Shown here: positions 13,601-26,059 of the stretch, in pieces
How positions within the stretch are numbered: position 1 is the first letter of the stretch
Layout: each line of letters opens with the position of its first letter
Assembly (NCBI RefSeq): GCF_008831285.2
Contig: NC_045138.2
Location: forward strand, 22,692,001 to 22,756,000
Source: Nymphaea colorata
Taxonomy: Eukaryota
Length of the DNA: 64,000 nt
Direction of reading: 5' to 3'
Notes under the pieces: model-generated
Database searches by the model: none
What the model was told of the DNA's origin: nothing
Seen by the model: only the letters and a program-made list of their open reading frames with translations
Translations under genes and position numbers: made by a program

Positions 13601-16600
13601 TTTCATTCAGATATTCCAAAACTGTACGCGTCCCACGCTTGATATCTTGAAATTGTCTTCTTAATTGCAGAAACCGTGCTTCCGATACTTGAGAGTACGT
13701 TGTGGCAAGGGTAGACCACAATTCTAAAGTTGTTAAATCATTATCAATGCCTCTTAATACCTCCTCTGACAAGGTAGAAGTAATATATGCGACAAGTGAC
13801 TGGTCGTGGGCCAGCCAAACATCATATTCAGGATTACTTGCCGTAAGAGTATCATATTCAATGCTAGTTTCACTTCCAGCCGAAGCCCCAGTAGCTTGAT
13901 CTCCCACTACGGTCTTCTTCACTTCACGGTAAATATATTTTGGAGGTGAGTAGTGCCATCGATATGCCCATAGAGTCTATGACTTTTAATAAATGGAACA
14001 ATTTGGCGTTTCCAAGTCAAATAGTTACTATGATTCAGTTTTTGGGAGATAAGTTGGGAGAGAAAGCTGGAGGATAGAAGAGAGGGCGTCGGCTGATCCA
14101 TGACTGAAGAAAGATGATTAGGGCAGACAACCTGAGGCAGAAAACTGGGCAAATTGGGGCAGCAACAGAATTAGGGCAAAAACGAACCGAAATTAGGGCA
14201 AATTGATTAGGGCAAATCAATTTAGGGCAAACGATGAGAGTAAATCACACAAGATTCAAGGCAGAAACCGAAATGAGGGATATCCACGCCAGAAATGAGT
14301 ACTTAGGGCAGATTAGGGATAATCACGTCAAACTGAAACCACTCACCGGAGGACGAGGTAACCTGGCTCTGATACCATGTAAGAATCTTTGCTTATTCAC
14401 GTCTCTTCGTCTGAAATCAGGTAGAATGAGAAGAAGAAATAGAAGAGAAGACAAATGAAGGAAGAGAGTCACACGCATTAACAACCGTGTGATCCTTAAT
14501 CTATATTAAAGAATTAACCTAATCAGGTTATAACAAAATGTACACAAATTATATAACATTTACAGAAGTGCCACCGCCTAGTATGTTTAGGCGTGTGGAT
14601 TAGAAAACAAGTGGATCGGGTCTGAATAGACCCGAGCCTCCATACGCACAAAACTTAACAAATAGTGTGCAGCCTAACCTAAATATAGAGTGGTTCATTC
14701 CCCTTCTCCCTAGACCCTCACTTCACAATGCATCAAGGAAAACAGGAAGACCTTTTGCTACAAGCATCTGATGGCCTCTTTTAGTTCTTTGGATATTGTG
14801 AACAACCAGTACGAATTGCGCTCCCAAGTTTCAATCTTGTGGCTGCATCACTGGTTAGGGCCCTTAAGACATTTCCTTCTACAGGTTTGACCTAAGTCAC
14901 ACGGGTGCGCCAAATATGGTGGTGCACCTGTGTCAACTCGGGTGCGGGTGCGACCTGACACGGTGCTGCTGACCACATCCGTTCTTATTTTCTCTTGTTT
15001 TTTTTCCTTCTCCTATCTTTCCCTCTTCTCTCTCTCCTCTTCCATGTTATTGAATAAAATTTTGAATTTTGTATGAGATTAAGGTAACCTTGATAGAAAA
15101 AAGTTTTAATATAGACAAATAAAATTACTTACATATATATACATATATATATATATATGTCCTCACCACACCCGCATCTAATTTTTTTTGGATCTTGCCG
15201 CATCCCGCACCAGCAACCACACCCCGCACCCGTGTGACATAGGGTTTGACAAGAGCATGCTACTGGCTGAATGGTATAAAAGATGTTAAGCCTAACTAGT
15301 CAAGCAAATCATGGTAACCTTTTCTATGGCTTGAAGTGTTGAATGGAACTTTTTGGATTGGGTAATTTTAGTAGCCTCCACAATTTGATGATGAGTATTT
15401 ACTCCTAGTTTCAATGGTGCAAGTTGCAACTTCTTTTGGTTACCAATGTGGGAGACTAATAGTGATGTACTTAGGTGATAAGTCCACTAACCCAGTACAA
15501 TTTCTGGCATCTAAATTCTTTTCTTTTACCCTTTATTTTGCAGGTTGGTCACTCTATCGGTGCATACATATCATTACAAATTTTTAAGCAAATTTCTTCT
15601 CAGGTTAGTTGGCAATGTCAGTCACTTAGGCAAATCATTACTCCATATCCTTGTCATTAAAAGTTGTTCCTGTTGTCACATGCTGTAGGTTCAATTTACT
15701 ATAGGCTTATATCCATTTTTAACTCTGAACAAGAAATCATTGCAACAGTCAATAATAAGGATCATTACGAGGTAAATTTCTTTTCTTTTAATGAAAGATT
15801 CTTGTTGTTCGTGTTGTATGAATTTGCTTATTCTTTTCTCTCCTTTTCATTTCTAAATGATTTTAGAAATAGAGCTTGATAATAGTTAAAGCTAGCACCA
15901 TGGGCATCATATCAAAATTTTCAACTATATCTGGGTTGTTTATGAGTAAGACCTATAGTTAGTTAGTTGGGCCTATTTTTTCCATATAATCCGGGTTTCC
16001 TGTTGAATTTTGTACATGTTATTATCTGTTTGCACCTGACTAATCAACATTCTTATAGAGTACTAAGTGTACATTGAGTTTTTCTGTTTAATATTCTGTA
16101 TATGTGTTTTTGGCCTTTTGGCTTAGATACATTGGTTCCCTTATTGAATTATGTGCATGATAATCTCTATTCGCACATCTATTTATTCACGTTAGTATAT
16201 TGTCAAATGCATTGCACTGTAGCTAAAGATCTAATGCAAGAAGAATTAAGATTAACTAATCTTAATCCAACTGCACTCACAACTAAACTAATACTAAACT
16301 TGAACTAACTAAAAACTCAAGCAAAGATCAAACGAACAAGAACATAAGAAAACTAACAAACACTTCATTTCTTTCAACTTTTTGATTGTCTTTACAAAAT
16401 GAACCATCGTCCCTTTATATAGAGAAAGGGATGGATTGTGGACCTGGATCCATTTATAAGTACTGAAAACCTAACTAGATCCAATTACAAGATTTGGTTA
16501 TGCTTTCATCTTGCATCAGACTCCCCTAGTTGGAAAAGAGTCATCCTCGACGAGTTTAAATCTTTCATTCTGCCAAAATAGTTCTTCACCTTAGAGAGTT

Positions 16601-19600
16601 TGGACAAGGTTTGGATCTACTGAACAAAAGGTTCCACCACTCATATGTTAAAGTGGTGGTCTGCTCACTATCTTCTGATGATGATCAAGGTGGTGGCTTC
16701 GGCGGTGGCTTTAGAGAAGGAACCTGAGCTTGGACATGATTTATGGGCATCCCCAAATCAAATCCAGTCTTAAATGATGGAACGAACTGGTTTGGATCTA
16801 GATTCAAACCTTTATACCTGTGAATTGGGCGATACGGGTCCGAACTGGATCCAAAAACCGGTTCAGGTTGAACCGGTCCCAAAAGGGACCGACCCAAACC
16901 CTCGAGCGCCTCAAGCGGTAACTCGAGGAGCTGCTCGAGTTTCCCTCTTTCCGCCTCAAACAGAGGCGGAAGGGGCAAACCAGAGGGTGGAATCAGCGCA
17001 CCTCGCCCAACCATCCCGTCTGAGGGCAGAAGGCGGAAAGGTGAAGGTTTCGCTCTGATACCAATTAATGCAAGAAGCATTATGATTAACTGATCTTAAT
17101 CCAACTGCACTCACAACTAAACTAAAACTAAACTTGAACTAACTAAAAGCTCAAGCAAAGATCAAACGAACAAGAACATAAGAAAACTAACAAACACTTC
17201 ATTTCTTTCAACTTTTTGACTGTCTTTACAAAATGAACCATCGTCCATATAGAGAAAGGGATGGATTGTGGACCTGGATCCATTTATAAGTACTGAAAAT
17301 CTAACTAGATCCAATTACAAAATTTGGTTATGCTTTCATCTTGCATCAAGATCTCAGCCAAAAGTGACGTTTGCAAAGCATTCGTCTCCATGTCATGATA
17401 AAACCTATGAATGGCCATACAAATCATGCTTTTGATGAATTGGCAGGGTTTTTTATGCTTAAAAGGTTCAGACTGCTAATTTCAAATCTTTACAAAAACA
17501 GATATAAATTCTACAAAGTGAGAAAACATGATTAATCCTAGTTTTGATATATGGATATAACATTCTTGTACTTAGTTTAACAAAAATACACTCAGTACTG
17601 TTATATTTAGAACACATTCCATTTGAATGTACATGATAATTTTCATATATATTTGAAATGCTGGGTTAGGCAGACATCCAACTAGATTGCATGCAAGCAA
17701 CATAGCATAGGTATCAAATGTTTGGCCTCCTTCAACTTGATGGTTTCAAGCGAATCCACATGACCCATAATTGAAGCTTTAGTTGACAAGAAAAATTGAA
17801 TCTTAGAAAACCTCACGGAAGTAAGAAGAGAAAGGTGCATTTTGTGTGAATATATGTATATCCCTTTAAAAATCCTTATTTAATCATTAAAGGTGTCCAG
17901 ATTTGTCCTTATATTAATAGTTTGTAGGAGATTATTTTAAGGGAAGTGCCAAACCATCATATTTATAGCATCTAAATGTGTGAATATATACTTCATAGTA
18001 ACTGAGCCCCTGAAGAGCTACATTTTTCAGATCAGCTGTCCTATCGACTTTTTTGAGCACTACTGCTGCAGTATTGGGATTAATTCCAAGCTTTGCATCC
18101 AAGGTTCTCGTCAGAATAAGTATGGGCAAGCAATGGTCTACTACAGCTGTTGAAGCTACATGCAGTCATCTACTGCAAGTAAATTTCATTCTCTGCACAA
18201 CTAATAGATGGAGAGTTGGTTGGTCATTCTTCATGTTGTCAATTGACAAGTGTCTCACCTACATTCAGCCAGACTTTTCCTGTGAATGCACGTGGTCGGT
18301 CAGTTTATGGAGGCTAGACATGATTAATCTATGCTATTAATAAGGTTCATTTTGTGTGCTGGAGGCTGTGCATTCTGAGTGATTATTTCTTCAGCTTATT
18401 TATTCTCTTATGATGTCAGGACACAATTTCAATACACATTGCCGCTTATTTATATGAATGATGATATAGTAAGAAACATTGTCCCTATTTGACACCAGTG
18501 TGGCAGTGTGGTGATATAAAACAAAGTGCCTTGATAGGATGGGCACAAATGGTGCTGTGATATGTTAAGATCACAAAATTATGATGTATGCCAATTAAAA
18601 TTCTTTTCATTCAGAAGGAATTGTTCATTAAACATGGGATATGTTGCTTGTCTGCTGATGGATCATTAACCTTTGTTAAGCACTTAAGTTTTTGCAATTG
18701 CACTTCTACCATTTTCCTTAGATGCTATATATGGTTCTGTAGATGAAAGCATTAATTTTATTTTCATTTCAATATTGCTATTTTTTTACTAGTCTGTAAT
18801 GCATTTCTAAAACCTACTCAAGTCTTGCATTTTCTTTTGGTACCCTCTTCTCTCGCTCCCCCATACACAAAACACACAATATATCTGATTTTTGGGTTAT
18901 ACAGTCTGGAAGTGATTTTTTACATGCACTCTGGCATTTTTAGGTTCTTCTTTTTCCTTATACATGAATTTGGGATATCCAAGAATGTATAAGGTAAAAA
19001 ATTATGATTTTTGATGATTAAATCGGATTTTATGGGGTGATAAACCTAAGACCATTTGATTTTAAAACATCTATAAAAAACTGATTGACAGGTGAATTAT
19101 CATGATTTTTTACTCCTATAGCTTTGAACATTTAGAATCCATCATATTGTTGGATTCATTGAAAATATCTCCAAAACATATGGAAGGTTATGTGTGTGTG
19201 TGTGTGTTAGTTTTGCATGTGTGTGATGAGTTTCTCTTAGCCTTGCAGTTCTAGCCTATTGTATAGCTGACATGCTTAAACTTGCATCAATTTGCAGTAC
19301 AATGCAGTGCGAAATATGTGCTTTATGGCAATGACGGAATTTGAAAAGGTAGTGAAGGCAATTGCAGTTCCTTTATTTTTACGTTTCTAGGAATCACAAC
19401 ATTTAAATTCAAAGTATCTCTTCCATTTTCGCCCCTGGTGATGCAAGCAAGTAGACCATTGGTAACTAGCTTCTGGGTTAGTTAAATCTTATTTTGTGGA
19501 CACAAACTTGTTCAATTGATGAATTTTAGCATAGTGGGATAACTAAATGGTTATTTTTTATTATGGCTGTTTTTATTCCTTATGGACTTTTCTGCCTGCT

Positions 19601-22017
19601 AGAAGTGTCTTCAATCATTTCTGGCTTTTTTGCCGAAAGAAGTCCATTGCACGTTAACTTTCCTTTCTTGGTTTTAAGTTAACAATCCATCTATCAATTC
19701 CTGTGTTCTATTGTTGTCTTCTCCATTTTCATCCCTACCATATGGTCTATTGACATATTTCTCTTCTTCATTTTCATGCTTATCTTATGTTCTATTTAAC
19801 ATATTTATTTCTATCTTGTGGTCTTTAAATCCAACCCTGCCTTGTATTTAAGAATTGCAAACTAGTTTTAAGGTTCATTTTCTTAAAAATGATTTTCCTT
19901 CTAATCAAATGATATAAATACAGTTGGGACTGGGAAGAAAAGAATGAATTGCTGGTGTTGAAAAGTACTTTTCATGTGGATGAAAGGATGGGTTTTTATT
20001 AGAAGTGCAAATGGATCTGTTAATCACAATAAGGCAGGGATGAATTTACGAAATCCAAAAATTAGGGATGAATTGAGAGAAAATCCCTTTTATTTATTTC
20101 TTCTGTTGTGTCCTTTATTTTTCAAGATTTTGGGCATGTTTGAAGGTTATTTGAAGATACACTTAGTGGGAGTGTCCTGAGAACAATCTGTTATGACTAT
20201 GGTCTGAATCTAACAATTTGTTGCAGTCTGTTCCCAATTGAAAAGAACTTCCTCCAAGCAAGTTGAGCTTTCCATCTTGTTTATCCAGCAAATATTTTTC
20301 TTGCCTGCGTCGCTCCCACTGAACAAGAAGAAACTTGTACATGGACTGAATTTTGATGCCTGACAGAATCTGTCTTTTTAAGGATAGCGTTGACTGCTAA
20401 CATGATCAATTAGGCATGGAATTAAAAAAGGAGGGAGTAAGTGAGATGATCTTTATATTTCTTCACTTTACTTAAATGAAGTTGCTGCACCTAGGAAGGT
20501 AAAACCCTGGCTTTTTGAGACCATTGATGACCTCCTATGTCTTTTGTTTTGCTTCCTGTTGTTGCAGCATGTGATGATGGGAATGAGTTGTATCAAGAAG
20601 CCCATGAACCAGAACTATAACTAGCTAAACAAAATTCTCTTCTTGAGTTTCTGCTTCCTAATTAAATCATGGTTACCAGTATATTTTATAAGGTTCTAAT
20701 TTTATTTATAACCTGGTGGGTTTGAGAAATTATGTTATCTAGTCAACAGCTATCTGATGTCATGATGGTGGGATGCATTAATATGTATGTGTCGGTTTGA
20801 TAAAATGCCTTATCTGTTAGTTTCTTTTGTCCGCAGCCCGTTTCTTGGTGCCGCTTTTTGCACTTTGTGAAGTCATAATATTATTTTCTTTTTCATCACC
20901 ATCTGCGACATGGATTAGTTTTCAGAAGAAGGAGATTGGGAGTTCGTAAGAGAGAAGCAGGATCAAATTGCATTCTTATTTGGTACTGATGATCACTGGG
21001 GACCACTCTCATTGTTTGAAGAGGTATGTATTACAACGGGTATGATTTTCCAGTGTAGGCAGTTACATTGACAAGTTGGATTCGTTTAGGTAATATCTAT
21101 AGGTGAACCAACCAAATTGCACGGGGATCCTCTGATCTATGTTTGGGCTTGGAAAGCTCCTTGCTGGATGAGAACTCATGTAGCTTTTACCCTTGTCATA
21201 GTAGAAGTTTTCAGTTTAGAAATTCTTTATGTTTGCTTCTTTCAATGGTTTAGTTGAATTTAGCTTTCATAAATCGTTACATAGATAATTAACCTCACCA
21301 TGCAGATTCGTTCATCCTACAACTGGCAACCATTTGCCTCAATCTCCAGAAGCATTTAGAACGACTGCTTTACACACTGGGATACACTTTTTTGTTTTAC
21401 TATTGGTAAATTTGGTCTTCACTTGAACAAAAATATGTGCAGACAAACCTTTCATTTCCGTGTAAACTAGAAAAAACATTTTCTAACATTTTAGTCTTCC
21501 CAGTTAGATATCGGTTCTGAGCCAAAAAAACAGTTTTCAAAGTTTCTAACAAACTCCTATCGACAGAAATTACTTGTTTAGGTTCTGCATTTTCTGGTCT
21601 CATCTTATTTTATTTCTCCTAGAGTATTGTATGGACTTTAGAAAAAAGAATTCGTTGGAATGATTAGAACCATCATTTCCTTGTTCATGTTATGGTTTTT
21701 GACTTCAAGTTCCACAAACCTCACTTGGTGCAATATTGTCTTTTCCAGAAACCAAATGCGAGTTCTCTCGTTTCTTTTTTCCCCATCAGAAATCAATCAA
21801 TACGGAGTCATTTAATATTGATCTGCGGACAGTATTTTATGGTAGTCTTTTCAAAGTTCATAAGTAATCCCTATGTTGCCCTTATTTGCAGATCTCTGGA
21901 CATGTTCCAAATGTTTCCTTGTCAATTGAAAGGGAGGGCCATAAGCATGCGTTTTGTTGTACAAAAGCTGGATCTGTATGGGCTGCTCAGTTCGTAGCAA
22001 CCCGTGTCAAACACTAA
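7041..22017 (+). CDS. LDAH: Lipid droplet-associated hydrolase-like alpha/beta hydrolase (334 aa from ATG 7041; 302 aa from ATG 7222)
   Basis: Exons 7041-7102, 7188-7280, 7441-7514, 7760-7831, 7966-7994, 8799-8849, 9163-9213, 15544-15603, 15689-15771, 18031-18178, 19298-19348, 20919-21023 and 21892-22017 join in frame (1005 nt). Motifs: VIPGNPGVVSFY, nucleophile [21 protein letters not shown] and HAFC. The first exon is the least certain. Confidence 0.88.
7560..7602. repeat. (CT)n microsatellite in an intron
   Basis: About 21 CT units, read directly. Confidence 0.95.
9514..14660 (-). mobile_element. Full-length Ty1/copia LTR retrotransposon in an LDAH intron, antisense to the gene
   Basis: 283-bp LTRs at 9514-9796 and 14378-14660 (TG...CA, ~6 mismatches by eye). 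5-bp TSD AATAG at 9509-9513 and 14661-14665. PBS tggtatcagagcc at 14365-14377 (-); PPT next to 9797. Confidence 0.98.
9791..14152 (-). pseudogene. Copia gag-pol polyprotein, disrupted
   Basis: Domain order gag ([11 protein letters not shown]), zinc knuckle [14 protein letters not shown], protease [10 protein letters not shown], integrase [38 protein letters not shown], RNase H SSTEAEY..KHIEID. Frameshift near 13950, in-frame TGA at 10932 and 10377, and a further frameshift at ~10250-10290. Confidence 0.95.
14892..15242. mobile_element. hAT-type MITE, CTATGTCAC-TIR family (351 bp)
   Basis: TIRs ctaagtcacacgggtgcg / cgcacccgtgtgacatag. Perfect 8-bp TSD GGTTTGAC at 14884-14891 and 15243-15250. 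Confidence 0.93.
16232..17348 (-). mobile_element. TRIM (miniature non-autonomous LTR retroelement), CRM-like, in an LDAH intron
   Basis: LTRs at 16232-16518 and 17066-17348. 5-bp TSD AGATC at 16227-16231 and 17349-17353. PBS tggtatcagagc at 17052-17063 (-); PPT-like ggggag next to 16519. The 547-bp interior has no pol motifs. Confidence 0.93.
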
Positions 22018-22580
22018 GGAGATAGAGCTTGGCTTCAGGTAGTACGTAGTAATCTCATCCCTTGGTGCTCGATGTTCCGGCTGAGCGAGAGGCCGGCAAC
22101 CCAGTGCCTGGATAAGTCATAAGAGCCCAGTGGCTGCCCCCATTCCTTCTTGCCTCCAACTTTCTGGGCTGCTTCTGTTCGATGTTAATGACGATATGTT
22201 TTACTCTACGTTCCTATTTCAAAAATATGGAGAGTATACAGATTGGTGGAAACTGTACCATATGATTCATGAGAACAGTAGAGATCTCCAATTAAATTAT
22301 AATCTTCTTTTTTGGGTTGGCAAGCACGAAATGTTACTTTAGCTTTCACTGGGAAGCGATTGGGACATTTGCAAGTGAATTTTGCGTAAATGTTACAAGT
22401 TGTTAAGAGATCTTCATGATACAATAGGTTTTGTGTTTGGGATATGTCGTGTTCTAACTATCTTCGCCGATAAAAACCTTATGTGAGAAACCGTAAAAAT
22501 GGAAGGCTTCGCGTATGAGAAGAAAAAGAAGAAGGCTTTGAGATAGCAAACAGTATGGATCTGGTGCAGCTAAAGATTTG

Positions 22581-22684
22581 AGTAAGGTGCATATGCTCTA
22601 GAAGGAGAAATTTATCAGTAAGGTGCATATGCTCTACAAGGAGAAATTTATCAGTAAGGTGCATATGCTCTACAAGGAGAAATT
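22581..22684. repeat. 36-bp tandem repeat, ~2.9 copies
   Basis: agtaaggtgcatatgctcta(g/c)aaggagaaatttatc starts at 22581, 22617 and 22653. Confidence 0.95.
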
Positions 22685-23789
22685 ACCGTCATTTTTCATG
22701 AAAAAGAGAAGAAAGCCTGTGATGCTGTCGTGTGCTGCCGTATGTCATAAACACACACGCTCTCTCTCTCTCTAGTTGAATTCAAATTGAATTTTGAAAA
22801 ATAAAGTAGAATCTGATTAAGTTTGAATTCGAGCAAAGATGAGCCCAACACAAAGCTGTACCATTTACATCATAAACCTATGGTCCAAATGCAGGGTCCC
22901 AATCTTCGAAAACATTTCGTGCTCACTAATCATTCGTTAGGAAGTGTACATTTCTTTTACTGTTCGGAGAAAATTTTTAATCTTCAAGCAAGCCAATTTT
23001 TTAAATATTAAACATTCACACTCATTTTTCATTTCTCACATTAAATAGTTTTTTTGGGCGGAACGTTTCCATCGTTATATCATAAATTGAATTGGAGCAG
23101 GAGATGACACCACTTTTTTCGCCGACGATCTTTATTGTCCTTCTATACGAGTTATTGTAAATGTCGTCAGGCCCTTGTGGGCAGTTGCCCATGTGGGCCT
23201 GCAGGTGGGCATAGGACCTGGTCTGGCCCTGCCCCCAGCCCGACCACCAAGCTCCAGGCTTACGTCTGGCCAATTCGACTCGAACCAATTTTTTCATATG
23301 CATTTAATCTATAAACATATATTTATAATAAAAAATATAATAAAAATAATTGTATACATATACAATTTTTCAGGTCTGACCCACAAAATTGTGGGCTAGC
23401 CCAGAGCTCTTTTTTACCTAACCCATGCTAAATACCCACAAAAAACTGTTATGTACCCGGCTCGATGTCCACTCTTAGTTTTTGAAAAAGAGGGTATCAA
23501 TGTCTTTGTGTGTGGAGTTGTCCCTTACTAAATCCGGGTTTGGATCTTTTATGCCCTGAACGAGAAATTCTTGGCTCTGCCAATTAATGTCATATCTCAT
23601 ATATTAAGATCACCACGTATAAAGTTATATTAAAACAAAACAATAGAGGAAATTATGCATTTTAAAATGTTTGAATTCTTTTTTCTTTTTTTCTTTTTTA
23701 ACATATGTTTTCTACAAGTTAAAATATAATGGGGATGCCACTTCAAAACACCTAAAGCAAACCTAGTATTACGGGGAGATGGAATGGAA

Positions 23790-24020
23790 TTAAGCATGAT
23801 TAAATTTTTTTAGTTTTTCATTATTTTTATTTAATAAAATATATTATTATTATTAAAAATATATTTATATTCAAAATTTTTATTTATATTTAAAAAATAT
23901 TTTTTTATTTTAATCAAGTCGGGCCCAAACTCAGGTTTCGTGCGTCGGACCAACCTGGGCCGACTCTTATCAGGTCAGGCCGGGCTGGGTCGAGTCAGTT
24001 CGGCCGGCCCCATGCTTAGA
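23790..24020. mobile_element. Partial copy of the MITE at 44738-45023
   Basis: Shares the AT-rich core tttttatttaataaaa...ttaaaaaatatttt...ttttaa and ccgactcttatcaggtc with 44840-45005. Confidence 0.7.
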
Positions 24021-24697
24021 TTGAGTCAGACCCACGTACGGAGCTCATTTTGTCAAAGCTTAAAAGATATAGTCTCAGATAAACTTGGTTCACTGTGCTG
24101 TGATCAAAATTTTTTAACTACGTAATGGCAATAGTAAAAGATTCGGCTCTCGTGCGGTAAAATACTACTCTTCCTTACTCATACATGAACAAAAAAAATA
24201 TGATGTAAACTGAAGGCAGTACACTGCGGACGCGTTATTCTGCGTGCGCCTCTATGATTGCCTGCAGTGAAGATCAGATATCTATGGGCCTTTTCAAATG
24301 CCCTATGGATCTACGAGATTCCACCAGCTTCTGCTGGATCAATTAAACGACCATAGATTTATATAAAACATGCAAAAATACAGAAAATGGAAAGGAAATG
24401 TTCATATTTTCTCGCTGTTCGGATGGGTTTTCATGTGCCAATAGTGATGAAATTGTTTATTTTAAAATCCTTATCAAACTTGGAAATATGCATAAACACG
24501 GATCTTTTTTGTATAGTTCGACATATTTTGTACCATATGAAATGTGTCCGCATGGTCAGATTTGTGAAGAACAGTACACGAGGACCAAGAGGACAAAGCG
24601 GAGCCCCCACGTAAAAATAAATATAAGCACCGGCTGCGGGTCATATACATGGACGGTGGATCTCATTGAGAATTTGGAACTTCAACGGTCGTCAACT

Positions 24698-24897
24698 CAT
24701 AATTGTTAAGAAATTGGCTACGAGATAAGTTTGGCCCGACTCGCCGCAACTCACACCTGACTCATCCGGGCTTGGCTCCAACTCACCCAATTAGTTATAG
24801 TGGTTCACATTATGGTAATTTAAAAAAACGACCGAGTCAACTCGCTCACTTTGATTATCTACCGTTCCGAGTCCGAGTCACGAATTTGCCAATTATG
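24698..24897. mobile_element. Probable MITE with CATAATTG termini and GACTC/GAGTC subterminal repeats
   Basis: Starts cataattgttaa and ends ttgccaattatg. Related GAGTC-rich fragments occur at ~8170-8250 and ~39025-39315. The TSD is poor. Confidence 0.55.
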
Positions 24898-25665
24898 CAT
24901 CCGCTACTCCACCTAACACTCAGGTGGGTGGGAGGCATGCAGACAAAGGAGGGAGGGGATCGCTGCCTTCCCACAAACCCCAGCTTTTCTTTCCCACAGC
25001 CTCAACACCTCATCGTCTCGTCATAATGAACCCATAATATATGCACATATTATGTGTTCACTATGCATATTCACATAATCGGTCACTTTTAAAGAGAGAC
25101 AAAAGGAGAAAGGCAAATTAAACTGCGAATATTGGTAAGATAGTTTATCATGAAATACTTCTTAAAGAAGGAAATAAATGAGTTTCCTTAATAGAGAACC
25201 TTTTCTGCTTTTTTCATGGTATTTCAATATCTTCAAAATAAAGTTTCGCTTTTTTTTTTTCAACTTATTCTCTGTCTTTTGATCCCATGAAAATTAATGA
25301 CCCAGGTGATTCCCATTAGGTCTAGCATGTGAATGGTTGGTAGTTGAACTCTACAACTTAATATATATATATATACACACATGTATGGTTTGGTTTAGAT
25401 CTGTTCTCCACTTCACAGATCACATAAGACGGATCATAACTCGTGAAAATTCAAGCCCAACTGCTATTCGCTTGAGGGGGTGTGGTGGGGGTGAAATGTG
25501 ACATCATATCATATGAAATGTGACAAAAAAAAGTATATAATATGACAGAAGCACGGTCCGCATGCTTCTCCATGCACGTCTAACCTGTCATTGCGCGGTC
25601 CGCGCATGCTAATGCTGACGTATTTGCATGCATTACCGTCTTTGATGTTGAGGATTCATCGCTAA

Positions 25666-25710
<45 letters not shown>

Positions 25711-25953
25711 GGATGACGGAAAATACAGTTTTTCTGGGACCATTGAACATGCTGAAAGCAACCAGAGTCCCTCAGGCTTTGTTCATGGAGCGGCTTCACG
25801 TTTCCTGTCTTCCTAATTTTCAAAGCCAAACCTCCACTTTTCCCTCAACCATTACGATTAAGAAACTATACTGGCAAATTTAGAATAAAAAACCAGTATT
25901 GGCCTTACTTGAGAAATGGTTTTAAAAATTGTAGGTTTTCTTTCAAAACTTAA

Positions 25954-26059
25954 GAGGGCATTTCGTAACAGAAACATTGTGTCTTTTGGTAAGCAATGTT
26001 CTATGAATGCGCCATGATCTATTCTAAAGAATATGTAGTTTCTATTACGAAATGCTTTT
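25954..26059. mobile_element. Tourist/PIF-Harbinger-like MITE (106 bp)
   Basis: TIRs gagggcatttcgtaacagaaac / gtttctattacgaaatgctttt, with TAA on both sides. Confidence 0.75.

Noticed and set aside
22581..22684. 36-bp repeats as a CRISPR-like array
   Set aside because: Head-to-tail with no spacers, in a eukaryotic context.
25670..25707. T38 tract as a poly(A) tail of a SINE or retrocopy
   Set aside because: No TSD, Pol III boxes or coding similarity found next to it.
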